The notes under the pieces were generated by a model. It did no database searches. It saw only the letters and a program-made list of their open reading frames with translations, and was not told the DNA's origin. A stretch of DNA of 64,000 nt from an uncultured Alphaproteobacteria bacterium. Lineage in GTDB: Bacteria > Pseudomonadota > Alphaproteobacteria > Rhizobiales > Hyphomicrobiaceae. Shown here piece after piece: positions 49,135-60,169 of this stretch. A program made the translations under genes and the position numbers. Position 1 is the stretch's first letter. The number at the start of each line of letters is the position of its first letter. Location of the stretch: the NCBI GenBank assembly GCA_963728165.1, contig CAVSIY010000008.1, positions 34,397-98,396 on the forward strand, read 5' to 3'.

Positions 49135-52100
49135 TCGCCGCCATCATCCGCTGGTCGGCGCGCAACCTGGTGCTCGTGGTGCTGGGCGCGGCGTTCCTGA
49201 CGGGCGCCGGTCTCTATGCCGTGCGCCACGTCCCGCTCGACGCCATCCCCGACCTCTCCGACACCCAGGTCATCGTCTACACCGAGTATCCGGGTCAGGC
49301 CCCGCAGGTGGTCGAGGACCAGGTCACGTTCCCGCTGTCGACGGCGCTCCTAAGCGTGCCGAAGGCGCGCGTGGTGCGCGGCTTTTCCTTCTTCGGCGTG
49401 AGCTTCGTCTACGTGATCTTCGAGGACGGCACCGACCTCTACTGGGCCCGCTCACGCGTACTCGAATACCTCTCCGCCGCCCAGCGCCAGCTGCCGAGCG
49501 GGGTCACGGCGACGCTCGGCCCCGACGCGACCGGCGTCGGCTGGGTCTACCAGTACGCGGTGATGGCGGCCAAGCGCACGCTCGCGGAATTGCGCACGAC
49601 GCAGGATTGGCAGGTGCGCTTCGCCGTGGCCAAGGCCGAGGGCGTCTCCGAGGTCGCGAGCGTCGGCGGCTTCGTGCGCCAGTACACGGTGATCGTCGAC
49701 CCGCGCCGCCTGAAGAGCTTCAACATCCCCCTTTCAAAGGTGCGCGCGGCGATCCGCGAGTCGAACATGGATGTGGGCGGGCGTGTCGTGGAGCTGGCCG
49801 AAACCGAGTTCATGGTGCGCGGGCGCGGCTATTTCCGCGGAGTGAAAGACATCGAGCAGATCGTCCTCAAAGCGGAGGGCGGCGCGCCGGTGCTGTTGCG
49901 CGACGTGGCCCGCGTGGAGCTGATGCCGGACGAGCGGCGCGGCGTCGCCGAGTTGAACGGCGAAGGCGAGGTGGTCACCGGCATCGCCGTGCAGCGCTTC
50001 GGCGAGAATGCGCTGTCGGTGATCGACAACGTCAAGGCGAAGCTCGCCGAGATCGCGCCGAGCCTGCCCAAGGGCACCACGATCGTTCCGGTCTACGACC
50101 GCTCCGAGCTGATCAAGCGCGCCATCGCCACGCTGAAGTCCACCCTCGTCGAGGAAAGCCTCATCGTCGCCTTCGTGTGCATGATCTTCCTCTTGCACGC
50201 GAGAAGCGCACTCGTTGCGATCCTGACCCTGCCGCTCGGCATCCTCATCGCCTACATTTTCATGTACCAGCTCGGAATCTCCTCCAACATCATGAGCCTG
50301 GGCGGCATCGCCATCGCCATCGGCGCCATGGTCGACGCCGCGATCGTGATGATCGAGAACGCGTTGAAGCACCTGGAGCGTGCGCCCCCGGGCAAGCCTC
50401 GCATCGAGGTCCTGATCGAGGCGGCAAGCGAGGTGGGCCCGGCGCTGTTCTTCTCGCTGCTCATCATCACCGTGTCGTTCCTGCCGATCTTCACGCTCGA
50501 AGCGCAGGAAGGCCGCCTCTTCAAGCCGCTCGCCTTCACCAAGACGTTCGCCATGGCGGCGTCAGCCTTCCTGTCGGTCACGCTCGTCCCCGCACTCATG
50601 GTGATCTTCGTGCGCGGCCACATCGTTCCTGAACGCAAGAACCCGCTCAACCGCTTCCTCATCTGGGTCTATCGGCCGGTGATAAAAACCGTGCTGAAGG
50701 CGAAGACGTTGACGATCGCCCTTGCCGTCGCCGTGCTCGCCGCAACGCTCTATCCGGCCCAGCGCGTCGGCTCGGAGTTCATGCCCACCCTTAACGAGGG
50801 CACGCTGTTCTATATGCCGACGACGCTGCCCGGCCTCTCCATCACCAAGGCGGCGGAGCTGTTGCAGACGCAGAACAAGATCATCAAGACGTTTCCCGAG
50901 GTTGCGAGCGTGTGGGGCAAGGCGGGGCGTGCCGCCACCGCCACCGACCCGGCACCGACCGAGATGTTCGAAACCGTGATCAACCTGAAGCCCGAGAGCG
51001 AATGGCCCGCGGGCATGACCACCGACAAGCTGATCGAGAAGATGGACACCGCGCTGCAGTTTCCCGGGGTGTCCAACGCCTGGACCATGCCGATCAAGGC
51101 GCGCATCGACATGCTGGCGACCGGCATCCGCACCCCCGTCGGCGTCAAGGTGCTGGGCACCAACTTGAAGGAGATCGAGCGCCTGGCGCGCGAGATCGAG
51201 GCGGCGATCAAGACGGTGCCCGGCACCTCCAGCGCGTTCGCCGAGCGCATCCTCGGCGGCAACTACATGGAGATCACGCCCGACCGCACCGAGCTCGCCC
51301 GCTACGGCCTCATGGTCGGGGACGTGCAGGAGGTGATCGCCTCGGCCTTGGGCGCCGAGCCGGTGACGACGGTCGTCGAGGGGCGTGAGCGCTACACGGT
51401 GAGCGTCCGCTACCCGCGCGACGTGCGCTCCGACCCCCAGGCGATCGCGCGCGAGGTGCTGGTGTCGCTCCCCAATGGCGCCTCGATTCCCTTGGGCGCC
51501 GTCGCCAAGGTGGAGCTGACGCGGGGTCCGGGCGTCGTCCGCACCGAGAACGCGCAGCTCGCGGGCTACGTCTACGTCGATGCGCGCGAGCGCGATCTCG
51601 GCTCCTACGTCGCGGACGCGAAGAAAGGCGGTGGCGGAGCGCGTGACCTTCCCGCCGGGCTACTACGCGGTCTGGAGCGGGCAGTACGAGTACTACGAGC
51701 GGGCCAAGGCCCGTCTGGAGCTGGTGGTGCCGCTGACGCTCGCCCTCGTCTTCCTCCTGCTCTACCTCAACTTCCGCCGCATCACCGAGACGCTCATCGT
51801 CATGGCCTCGCTTCCCTTTGCTCTGGTCGGCGGCCTGTGGCTCGTCTGGTATCTGGGGTTCAACCTGTCGGTTGCGGTCGCCGTCGGCTTCATCGCGCTC
51901 GCAGGCGTCGCCGCCGAGACGGGCGTCGTCATGCTGATCTATCTCGACAACGCCTTGAAGGAGGCCCGCGCGCGGGCCGCCCGCGAGAACAGGCCGCTCA
52001 GCCGCGGTGATCTGCACGAGGCGATCATGGTCGGCGCGGTGGAGCGCGTGCGCCCCAAGATGATGACGGTCGTCGCCATCACCGCAGGGCTCCTCCCCAT

Positions 52101-52311
52101 CCTGTGGAGCACCGGCACCGGCTCGGAGGTCATGCAGCGCATCGCCGTGCCGATGATCGGAGGCATGCTGTCCTCGACCATCCTGACGCTGGTGGTCATC
52201 CCGGTGGTCTATGCGCTCGTCAAGGAGCGCGGGCTGCGGCGGCAGCAGCCCTCGGCAGACACTCAGCGGCCTGCTACGCTGTCGGGAGAGACCGCGGAGG
52301 TGTCGCGATGA
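49131..52311 (+). CDS. cusA: Cu(I)/Ag(I) RND efflux permease (+1 frameshift at ~51625)
   Basis: LDAIPDLSDTQVI, LGPDATGVGWVYQY, Met site FMP.LNEG.LFYMPT, PTEMFET, VERVRPKMMT, MQRIAVPMIGGM; extra A in AAGAAAGGCG. Confidence 0.93.
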
Positions 52312-52871
52312 GAGTGCCGGCAAAGCCGCTTGGTAGCTATCCCTTCTACCTGCAGCCGTTCTTCGCCAACCAGCGCCGCAAGTACGGCGAGGCGTTGCAA
52401 TCGGCGCTGCTGTGGGCCCGCTCCCCGAAGCTGTTCTTGGGCGTTGCCTTTCTCTACGGCATGATCGACCGGCGCTCCTCGCCCATCGAGCCGGCTCTGC
52501 GCTCCCTCATCACCGTGCGCGTGTCGCAGATCAACGATTGCCCCTTCTGCGTCGATCTCAACTCGGCGACGCTGATGAAGCGGGGCGTCCCACAGGAGAA
52601 GGTGGACGCGCTCGAGGACTGGCGCGCCAGCAATCTGTTCGATAGCCGCGAGCAGGCGTCGCTCGAGTACGCGGAAACCATGACGCGGTCCGATCTGCGG
52701 GTTGGGGATGAGCTGGTGCAGCGGTTGCGGGTCTTCTTCGACGATGACGCCATCGTGGAGCTGACCGGCCTCATCGCCTTCCAGAATCTGTCGAGCAAGT
52801 TCAACAGCGCGTTGGGCGTGCCGGCCCAGGGGTTCTGCCGGCTGCCGCCTGCCAATAAAACCGGAGGATGA
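52308..52871 (+). CDS. Carboxymuconolactone decarboxylase / AhpD-like protein (CxxC)
   Basis: RVSQIN.CPFC.D.N, E.A.L.YAE..T, IVELT..IAFQNL.SKFN; ATGA coupling with cusA. Confidence 0.88.
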   Translation: MRVPAKPLGSYPFYLQPFFANQRRKYGEALQSALLWARSPKLFLGVAFLYGMIDRRSSPIEPALRSLITVRVSQINDCPFCVDLNSATLMKRGVPQEKVDALEDWRASNLFDSREQASLEYAETMTRSDLRVGDELVQRLRVFFDDDAIVELTGLIAFQNLSSKFNSALGVPAQGFCRLPPANKTGG

Positions 52872-53248
52872 CGATGCACGTCTATCGCGCGGCCGCGCTG
52901 GCGCTGATTATGATGGCGGCGGCCGGAGCCGCCTTCGGCCACGCCAAGATGACGTCGAGTGTTCCGAAGGACGGCGCGACGGTCCCCGCGGGCCTCGCAA
53001 AGATCGAGATGCAGTTTTCCCATCCCATGCGCCTCACGCTCGTGCGCGTGCACCGCGCCGCTGACGACACGTACGTGGCGGTTCAGGGCGCGCTGCCCAA
53101 GGCCTTCGCCGATGCGGCCACGGTGCCAGTCGACGCGCTCGCCGAGGGCGCCTATGACGTCTCGTGGACGGCGGTGTCGAAGGACGGGCACGTGATGAAG
53201 GGGCACTTCGCGTTTACGGTTTCAGCGGGCGCCGCGCCCGCACAATGA
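52868..53248 (+). CDS. copC: Periplasmic copper resistance protein CopC
   Basis: Signal peptide then H1 (AFG-HAK..SS.P.DG), Y.VSW.AVS.DGH...G.F.F.V; no Met-rich Cu(I) loop. Confidence 0.88.
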   Translation: MTMHVYRAAALALIMMAAAGAAFGHAKMTSSVPKDGATVPAGLAKIEMQFSHPMRLTLVRVHRAADDTYVAVQGALPKAFADAATVPVDALAEGAYDVSWTAVSKDGHVMKGHFAFTVSAGAAPAQ

Positions 53249-54097
53249 TCGTGCCCGAGCAAGTCGCCGTCTTGCTGCGCGCCCTCGTCTACGCCGGCGC
53301 GATCGCGACCGCGGGCGCCATGCTGTTCCAAGCGAGCTTTACGCAGGCGGCGCGCGCGGTTGCCCCCGTCCTGCGGCGCCAGATCCTTATTGGCTTCCTG
53401 TTGCTGCTCGTCGTCGAGCCGCTGCGCTACGGCATATTTCAGCTCGCCATCGCCGACGGCGACTGGACGCTGGCGTTCGGGCCGGACCTGCGCTGGATGG
53501 GCATGCTAACGCCGATCGGACAGGCTGCGGCCGTGCGCCTGATCGCCGCCGCCGTCATCGTCGCCGCCGGCTTGCGATGGGCTCCGATCGGGTTAACGGC
53601 GGCGTTCGTCGTGATCGGCTCGTTTCTGCTCGAGGGGCACACCGCCGCCAGCGAGGGGCGCCTTTTGGTTGCGCCCCTTCTTTTTGTCCACCTGACGGCC
53701 GTGCACTGGTGGCTCGGCGCGCTCTTTCCACTGATTGCCGTGACGCGCCGCGTCGAGCCGGCCGCCGCCGTGGCGACGATCGAGTTGTTCGGGGGGCGGG
53801 CCATCCTTGTCGTCGGCGGCCTGTTGGCGGCCGGGCTGTTGCTCGTGCTCCTGCTGACGGGCGGCGCGGTGCGCCTCGACAGCGCCTATCAGCAAAGGTT
53901 GGCTGATCAAGCTCACACTCGTCGCCCTGCTCTTGTCGATTGCCGCCGTCAACAAGCTGCGCCTGACGCCGCTGCTCCGCCGCGACTATGCCCTGGGTGC
54001 GGCGCGCCTGCGCGCCTCCATCCGTGTGGAGATCGCCGTGGCCGCCCTCATCCTCTGCGCCTCCGCCTGGCTCGTCGCCACCGGCCCCGACACCTAG
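53245..54097 (+). CDS. copD: Copper resistance inner-membrane protein CopD (+1 frameshift at ~53901)
   Basis: Multiple TM helices; GHT, HL.AV.WWLG.L, then in the shifted frame KL.LV..LL.IAA.NKLRLTP. Confidence 0.85.
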
Positions 54098-56588
54098 CGC
54101 GCTGACCGTCTTGTCGTGCGAGCCACCATCCCACGAGCTCGGCGACGGCCCAGCTCCACACGATGCCCGCAGCGATCATCAAAGAGACGGCAAGGTCGAT
54201 GGGCACGAGGCCGAGGAGCGCGCGCAGCGCCGGGACGAGCACCGTCAGCACCTGCAGCACGATCGATCCCGCCACGGCAACATGCAGAAACGTGTTGCGC
54301 AGCGGCTTGAGATGAATGCGGCGCGAAGGATAGGCGAACGCCACCTCCGCCATCAACTCGTAGAGGAATACCGCCGTCCGCGTCTCTAAGATGGCGTAGC
54401 CGAGAAACGGCAAGAGCAGGAACAGCACGATGCCGGCGAACGCCTTGGCCAGCCCCGAGATGACAATGAAGCGCACCGAGACGGCGTCGAGCAGTCGCCC
54501 GTCGGCCGGGCGCGGCCGCCTGTTCATGATGCCCGGGTTTTGGTCGAAGGTGAGCGCGAGCGCCGGCGCGCCGTTGCCGATCACGTTGATCCACAACAGC
54601 TGCACGGCGGTGAGCGGCAACAGGAACATGCCGCCCTCGGGATCCTTCAATCCCAGCATGAAGGAGAGCCCGAGGCCGCCCACGACGAGCAGGACCAGCG
54701 CCAGGTTGGCGGAGAACAGGAAGCGGATGCACTTCTGGATGTTCTCGTAGATGCTGCGCCCTTCCTCGATCGCAGCGACGATGGTGGCGAAGTTGTCGTC
54801 CATCAGCACGAGATCGGCGACCTCGCGCGCCACGTCCGAGCCGCGCCGCCCCATGGCGACGCCGACGTCGGCGCATTTCAGGGCCGGTGCATCGTTGACG
54901 CCGTCCCCGGTCACGGCCACCACTTCGCCGTTGGCCTTCAATGCCTCGACCAGCTTGAGCTTGTGCTCGGGGGAGGCGCGCGCGAACACATCGACGTCGC
55001 GCACGGTCGCCCGCAGCTCATCTGCCGACAGGCCATCGAGGTCACGCCCTGACAGAACCCGACGCGGGGCAATGCCAATCGCCTCGGCGACGGTCTCGGC
55101 GGTGGCGGGATGATCGCCGGTAATCATGACGACGCGGATGCCGGCGGCCTGCGCCAGCCGCAGCGCGTCACGAACCTCAGGCCGTGGCGGGTCCCACAAC
55201 AGCACGAGGCCGAGAAAGGTAAGGTCTGTCTCCGCCTCGCCCTCGCGCCAGCCGAGCGCCAGCACGCGGTAGCCTTCCCGCGCCTGCCGCTGCGCCTCAG
55301 CCTCCCAGGCTTCTTTCTCCGCCTCGGAGAGGCGGCTGCGGGCGATAAGCACCTCCGGCGCGCCCTTCAGGTAGCTCGTGGGCCGCTCCTCCTCGAGAAC
55401 GGTGACGCGCATGAAGCCGTCGGCGCTGTCGAAGGGGCGGCTACCCAGCCGCAGGTGGCCATTCATCAGCCCGAGCGCGTCGTGCCCCTGCGCGGCGGCA
55501 AAGTCGAGGAGCGCAATCTCCAAGGGATCGCCCACGCGCGCGCCGGGCTCGGCGTCATTGGCCAGCACCATGGCCTTCAAGGCGCGCGCCTCGTCCGCCG
55601 CATCGAGCGCCTTCACGTACATGCGGTTCTCGGTCAGCGTGCCGGTCTTGTCGGTGGCGATGACGGTGACGGAACCCAGCGCCTCCACCGCGCTCAGGCG
55701 GCGCACGATGGCCTTGCGCCGCGCCAGGCGCTCCACGCCGAGCGCGAGAGCCAACGTCATCACCGCCGGCAGCCCCTCGGGCACCGCCGCGACGGCGAGC
55801 GCCACGGAGAACAGGAGCACGTGGCCGATGCGCGCCACGCCCTCCACCACGAGGCCACCGAGCGTCAGCGCGAGCCCTAGGCCTAAGATCACGTAGGCGA
55901 CCTGATTGCCAAACGTGCGCAGGCGGCGCTCGAGCGGCGTGGCGCCTGACTCGATTCCGCCGATCATGGTGGCGAGCTGCCCCATGGCGCTGTCGCGCCC
56001 GGTGCGAAAAACCTCCATGTAGCCTTTGCCGCGCACGAGCAGGGTGCCGCTGAGGAGCTCGGCGCCGACGCGCTTGGCAACGGGAAGCGACTCGCCGGTG
56101 AGCACCAACTCGTCCACCAGAACCTCGCCCTCCGACACCACCACGCCGTCGGCCGGGATGCGGTCGCCCGCCTCGATGCGCGCCACATCTCCGGGAACGA
56201 GGTCGCGGCTCGGGATCTCCTGAAGCTCGCCATCGCGCAGCACCCAGACGTTGGGCGCCGCCATCGCTTTGAGACGGGCGAGCGCCGCCTCCGCCTTTCC
56301 CTCCTGATAGGTTCCGAGCCCGGCGTTGAGCACGAGGATCACGGCGATCGCCACCAACTCGATGGGAACGCCCGGTGCACCCTCGTAGGCCCACAGTGCG
56401 ATATCGACGCCAAGCGCAAACAGCAGGATATAGATGAGCGGGCTTGCGAACTGACGCGCTAGACGCTGCCAGATGCTTGCAGGCGGCGTCTCGGGCAGCG
56501 CATTGGGACCTTGGCGGGCAAGGCGCGCTGCCGCCTCGGACCCACTGAGGCCCTGCAGTGTCCCAGCTCTTGCAACGCCAGCCGACAT
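54048..56588 (-). CDS. P-type ATPase, subfamily IIA-like (PacL/CtpF/LMCA-like) with atypical ion-binding residues
   Basis: [38 protein letters not shown]. Start uncertain (56588 or 56675). Confidence 0.9.
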   Translation of the reverse strand: MSAGVARAGTLQGLSGSEAAARLARQGPNALPETPPASIWQRLARQFASPLIYILLFALGVDIALWAYEGAPGVPIELVAIAVILVLNAGLGTYQEGKAEAALARLKAMAAPNVWVLRDGELQEIPSRDLVPGDVARIEAGDRIPADGVVVSEGEVLVDELVLTGESLPVAKRVGAELLSGTLLVRGKGYMEVFRTGRDSAMGQLATMIGGIESGATPLERRLRTFGNQVAYVILGLGLALTLGGLVVEGVARIGHVLLFSVALAVAAVPEGLPAVMTLALALGVERLARRKAIVRRLSAVEALGSVTVIATDKTGTLTENRMYVKALDAADEARALKAMVLANDAEPGARVGDPLEIALLDFAAAQGHDALGLMNGHLRLGSRPFDSADGFMRVTVLEEERPTSYLKGAPEVLIARSRLSEAEKEAWEAEAQRQAREGYRVLALGWREGEAETDLTFLGLVLLWDPPRPEVRDALRLAQAAGIRVVMITGDHPATAETVAEAIGIAPRRVLSGRDLDGLSADELRATVRDVDVFARASPEHKLKLVEALKANGEVVAVTGDGVNDAPALKCADVGVAMGRRGSDVAREVADLVLMDDNFATIVAAIEEGRSIYENIQKCIRFLFSANLALVLLVVGGLGLSFMLGLKDPEGGMFLLPLTAVQLLWINVIGNGAPALALTFDQNPGIMNRRPRPADGRLLDAVSVRFIVISGLAKAFAGIVLFLLLPFLGYAILETRTAVFLYELMAEVAFAYPSRRIHLKPLRNTFLHVAVAGSIVLQVLTVLVPALRALLGLVPIDLAVSLMIAAGIVWSWAVAELVGWWLARQDGQRARCRGRWRRARRRRRG

Positions 56589-56605
56589 AACCGCGTCCTC
56601 TCCGC

Positions 56606-57622
56606 TCAGTGCCCGAACACGTAAAGCACGTAGGAGTTCAACAGATAGACGAGAAACAGGGAGAGACTGATCCAATCGAGATAGCGGAAGGCGCGCCGCT
56701 TGGCTCGGTAAAGGATGCCGACCACCACGATGCCGGTCATGATCACCGCAGAGAAGGCGGAGACGGCGTGCACGGGCGAGACGTGCGATAAAATCGGCCC
56801 TTTCCGGTAGGCGATGTCATCGATCGCCAGGATGAGGATGTCGAACAGATTGCTACCCAGCAGGTTGGCGATCGCCATGTTGATCGCGCCGAGGCGCAAG
56901 GCCGCGATCGTCACCACGAGCTCGGGCAGCGAGGTGGCGCCAGCGACGAAGAGCGTGCCCACGAACGTCTGCTTCCAGCCCATGGCGTCGGCGAGATCGG
57001 AGCCCACGAACGGCAGCCAGACGCCGGCTGCAACCAGAACCGCTGCGGCCGCCAGATAGCGGCGCACGGCCGTGCGCAAGGTAATGTCGGCGTATTGCGC
57101 CGCCACCTCCTCGACGAATGCCTCGCGCTGGTTGCGCTCGTAGGAGAACACGGTGCGAATTGCGATCAGGTAGAGGCCGATGATGATCGGCGAGTAGAGC
57201 CCGACGTGGCCGACGTTGAAGACGAAGCGTTGGTCGGCGAGGATGACGCTCATACCCGCAAAGCCGATCAGCACGATGCCGAATCCGGCGGCAAGAATGT
57301 GGCCCTGATGCACACGCAGGAAGATCGGCTCATCGCGGTGCAGGAGGTCCAAGACGATCAGGATCGCGAGATTGAACACGCACGAGCCCATGACGTCGCC
57401 GACGGCGATGTCGGGCACGTCGGCGATGGTCACGGCGCTGAGCCCCGTGATCAGCTCCGGCAGCGAGGTGACGGTCGCCAGCAGGATGAGGCCGATCCAG
57501 TTGTGCGACAGGCCGGTCTTCTCGGCGATAATGTCGCCCGAGCGCGAGAGCTCCGGCCCGGCAAGGCCGATGAGGGCCGCGCAGACGATAAACTCCAGCC
57601 AGATCAAGCCGAGATCTGCCAC
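56606..57622 (-). CDS. Cation/Ca2+ antiporter (CaCA, YrbG-like)
   Basis: Alpha repeats ATVTSLPEL...G.VMGS.VFN and AGATSLPEL...NLLGSNLFDI; GGAGGAGG RBS before GTG 57622. Confidence 0.9.
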   Translation of the reverse strand: MADLGLIWLEFIVCAALIGLAGPELSRSGDIIAEKTGLSHNWIGLILLATVTSLPELITGLSAVTIADVPDIAVGDVMGSCVFNLAILIVLDLLHRDEPIFLRVHQGHILAAGFGIVLIGFAGMSVILADQRFVFNVGHVGLYSPIIIGLYLIAIRTVFSYERNQREAFVEEVAAQYADITLRTAVRRYLAAAAVLVAAGVWLPFVGSDLADAMGWKQTFVGTLFVAGATSLPELVVTIAALRLGAINMAIANLLGSNLFDILILAIDDIAYRKGPILSHVSPVHAVSAFSAVIMTGIVVVGILYRAKRRAFRYLDWISLSLFLVYLLNSYVLYVFGH

Positions 57623-57743
57623 CCCGCCCCCTCCTCCCCGATTATCTTTGATTATCTTTGATTCGAGATCGATCCCACTCCGCCCGCCGATCCCTATCAC
57701 GCAAAGGCCTGTGCGTTTGCGCCACAGGCTCCGGGCGCCGGCT

Positions 57744-57757
57744 TTGACCTTGATCAA
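57744..57757. promoter_or_regulatory. FNR/FixK-type box TTGAC-CTTG-ATCAA
   Basis: One mismatch to TTGAT-N4-ATCAA, in the divergent intergenic region between the CaCA gene and phaC. Confidence 0.75.
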
Positions 57758-57892
57758 TTTTGGCGGCCCGCGCTTCAAGTTGGGCCGTCGGGCAACCACA
57801 TATTGCCACAAAATCTAACCCGCACGAGACATGCACGCCATACCAGCCTGTCTTCGCTATCACGTCGACCTCTCACCAGCAGCGAGCGCCCC

Positions 57893-59761
57893 ATGAACGA
57901 GATGAGCACGGCCGAACGCCGCACCGGCGCGGCGCCCCTCGACCACTCAGGTCAGCCGCCAGGGGACAAGGCCCACGTGCCGCTCCCGGCCCGCGCAGCC
58001 CTGGCACCGCTGCCGGGATGGCTGGGCGAGGACGGGGTGGATCCTTCGCTCGAATTGGCGGACGTGCTCGACCGGTCCCTCAACTACGCGCGCTCGCGCC
58101 TCACTCTGGGGTTGTCGCCGGCGGCCCTCACCGAGGCCTACTTCGATTGGCTCGTCCATCTCGGCGCAGCGCCCGGAAAACAATTGCAGCTGGCGCAAAA
58201 GGCGCTGCGCAAGTGGCTGCGTCTCATGCACTACATGGCGACGAGCGCGCCCACGCAGAAGCAGCACACGTGCTGCATCGAGCCGCTCCTCAATGACAGG
58301 CGCTTCAACGCCGATGGATGGCACGGCTGGCCCTACGACGTCATCTACCAGACGTTTCTGTTGCAGCAGCAGTGGTGGCACAACGCGACGACGGACGTTC
58401 GCGGCGTCACCCAGCAGCACGAGCGCCAGGTGGAGTTCGCGGCCCGCCAAGTCCTCGATGTCTTCTCGCCGGCAAACTTCATCGCCACCAACCCCGAGGT
58501 TCTGCACAAAACCATGGCCACCGGCGGCCTCAACCTGGTGCGCGGCTTCTGGAATTTCGTCGAGGACTGGGAGCGCTCGATCAACGGGCGCCCGCCCGCG
58601 GGCTCGGAGGCCTTCAAGGTGGGCGTGAACCTGGCGGTGACGCCGGGCAAGGTCATCTTCCGCAACGAGCTCATCGAGCTCATCCAGTATACGCCCACGA
58701 CCGACAAGGTGCGGCCCGAGCCGGTTCTGATCGTGCCGGCGTGGATCATGAAGTACTACATCCTCGACCTCTCAACCCGGAACTCGCTGGTGAAGCACCT
58801 CGTCGAGCAGGGCTTCACCGTTTTCATCATCTCCTGGAAGAACCCCACCTCGGAAGACCGCAACCTGGGCCTCGAGGACTACCGCACGCTGGGCATCGAG
58901 GCAGCGCTCGCAGAGATCGACAAGGTCGCCCCCGGCAACATGGTCCATGGCGTCGGCTACTGCCTCGGCGGCACGCTGCTATCCATCGAGGCCGCGGCGC
59001 GGGCGCGCAACAACCACGATCCGTTCAAGACCGTGACCTTGCTCGCCGCGCAAGTCGACTTCACCGAGCCAGGCGAGCTCGGCCTCTTCATCAATGAAAG
59101 CCAGGTGTCGTTCCTCGAGGACATGATGTGGCAGCAGGGCTATCTCGATGCCCACCAGATGTCAGGAGCCTTCCAACTCTTACGCTCCAACGATCTCGTC
59201 TGGTCGCGGATGGTGCGCGACTACCTTATGGGCGAGCGCCGTCCCATGATCGATCTCATGGCGTGGAATGCCGATTCGACGCGGCTTCCCTACCGCATGC
59301 ATTCGGAGTACCTGCGCCAGCTCTTTCTCAACAATGACCTGGCGGAGGGGCGCTATCGCGTCGGCGACCGGCCGATTGCCCTCACCGACATCCGCGCGCC
59401 CGTCTTCGCGGTCGGCACCGAGCACGACCACGTGGCGCCGTGGCGCTCGGTCTACAAGCTCAATCTTTTCCTCGATACCGACGTGACGTTCCTGTTGACG
59501 AGCGGCGGACACAACGTCGGCATCGTCTCCGCGCCCGGCGTGCCGGGGCGCCACTACCGCGTTCGCACCAAGCCCGAGATCAGCCCCTATGCCGACCCCG
59601 ACACCTGGGTAAGCGAGACGCCCGAGAAGCAGGGATCGTGGTGGCCGGCGTTGTTCGGCTGGCTGGCCGCGCACTCCGGCCCCATGCAGCCGGTCGACGC
59701 TGCGCGGGCGACACCCACCGCGCTCTGCGACGCACCAGGTGCCTACGTCTTGCAAGACTGA
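57893..59761 (+). CDS. phaC: Class I polyhydroxyalkanoate synthase (PhaC2-like, with N-terminal extension)
   Basis: NLAVTPGKVIFRNELIELIQY, VPAWIMKYYILDL, lipase box GYCLGG, DHVAPW, SGGHNVGIVS, GSWW. Confidence 0.95.
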   Translation: MNEMSTAERRTGAAPLDHSGQPPGDKAHVPLPARAALAPLPGWLGEDGVDPSLELADVLDRSLNYARSRLTLGLSPAALTEAYFDWLVHLGAAPGKQLQLAQKALRKWLRLMHYMATSAPTQKQHTCCIEPLLNDRRFNADGWHGWPYDVIYQTFLLQQQWWHNATTDVRGVTQQHERQVEFAARQVLDVFSPANFIATNPEVLHKTMATGGLNLVRGFWNFVEDWERSINGRPPAGSEAFKVGVNLAVTPGKVIFRNELIELIQYTPTTDKVRPEPVLIVPAWIMKYYILDLSTRNSLVKHLVEQGFTVFIISWKNPTSEDRNLGLEDYRTLGIEAALAEIDKVAPGNMVHGVGYCLGGTLLSIEAAARARNNHDPFKTVTLLAAQVDFTEPGELGLFINESQVSFLEDMMWQQGYLDAHQMSGAFQLLRSNDLVWSRMVRDYLMGERRPMIDLMAWNADSTRLPYRMHSEYLRQLFLNNDLAEGRYRVGDRPIALTDIRAPVFAVGTEHDHVAPWRSVYKLNLFLDTDVTFLLTSGGHNVGIVSAPGVPGRHYRVRTKPEISPYADPDTWVSETPEKQGSWWPALFGWLAAHSGPMQPVDAARATPTALCDAPGAYVLQD

Positions 59762-59776
59762 ACGGGGACGCGGCCC

Positions 59777-60061
59777 ATGATCACCTTGCAGGACTGCATC
59801 GCCTTTTGCGGGTTGACCGAGGAGGAGGTGTTGGCGCTCGCCGAGCACGAGCATGTGCCCGAGATCGTCGCCACCGGCCTCGCCTGCCAGCTCATGAAGC
59901 AGCGCCACGGGCCGGACAAGGTACGCACCATGATCGTCGAGGACATCCGCTCTGCGTTGGCCCGCGGCGACCGACGCCACGCCCAGGAGCTGTTCGCAGC
60001 GTTGCGTCACTTCCTCAGCCAGCATCCAGAAATCTGCCGGGCGGGCCAAACCCGACCGTGA
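59777..60061 (+). CDS. Conserved hypothetical protein (CxxxC / EHEH)
   Basis: MITLQDCIAFCGLTEEEV.ALAEHEHVPEIVA; starts 15 bp after the phaC stop. Confidence 0.7.
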   Translation: MITLQDCIAFCGLTEEEVLALAEHEHVPEIVATGLACQLMKQRHGPDKVRTMIVEDIRSALARGDRRHAQELFAALRHFLSQHPEICRAGQTRP

Positions 60062-60169
60062 CGCCACAGTCCCATCGCATTCCGGGCTGCACGTTCAGAG
60101 TCCGGCACCCCGAGTGCCGCATTTTTTGCTTACCCCTCGTCGTTCCTTTCCGTTGCCATGGAGGCTGTC

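Noticed and set aside
54048-54097. Extra frameshift at the P-type ATPase 3' end to remove its 50-bp overlap with copD
   Set aside because: Reaching the nearby TAG (54094-54096) would need a shift of the opposite sign to all other errors; left as a short convergent overlap.
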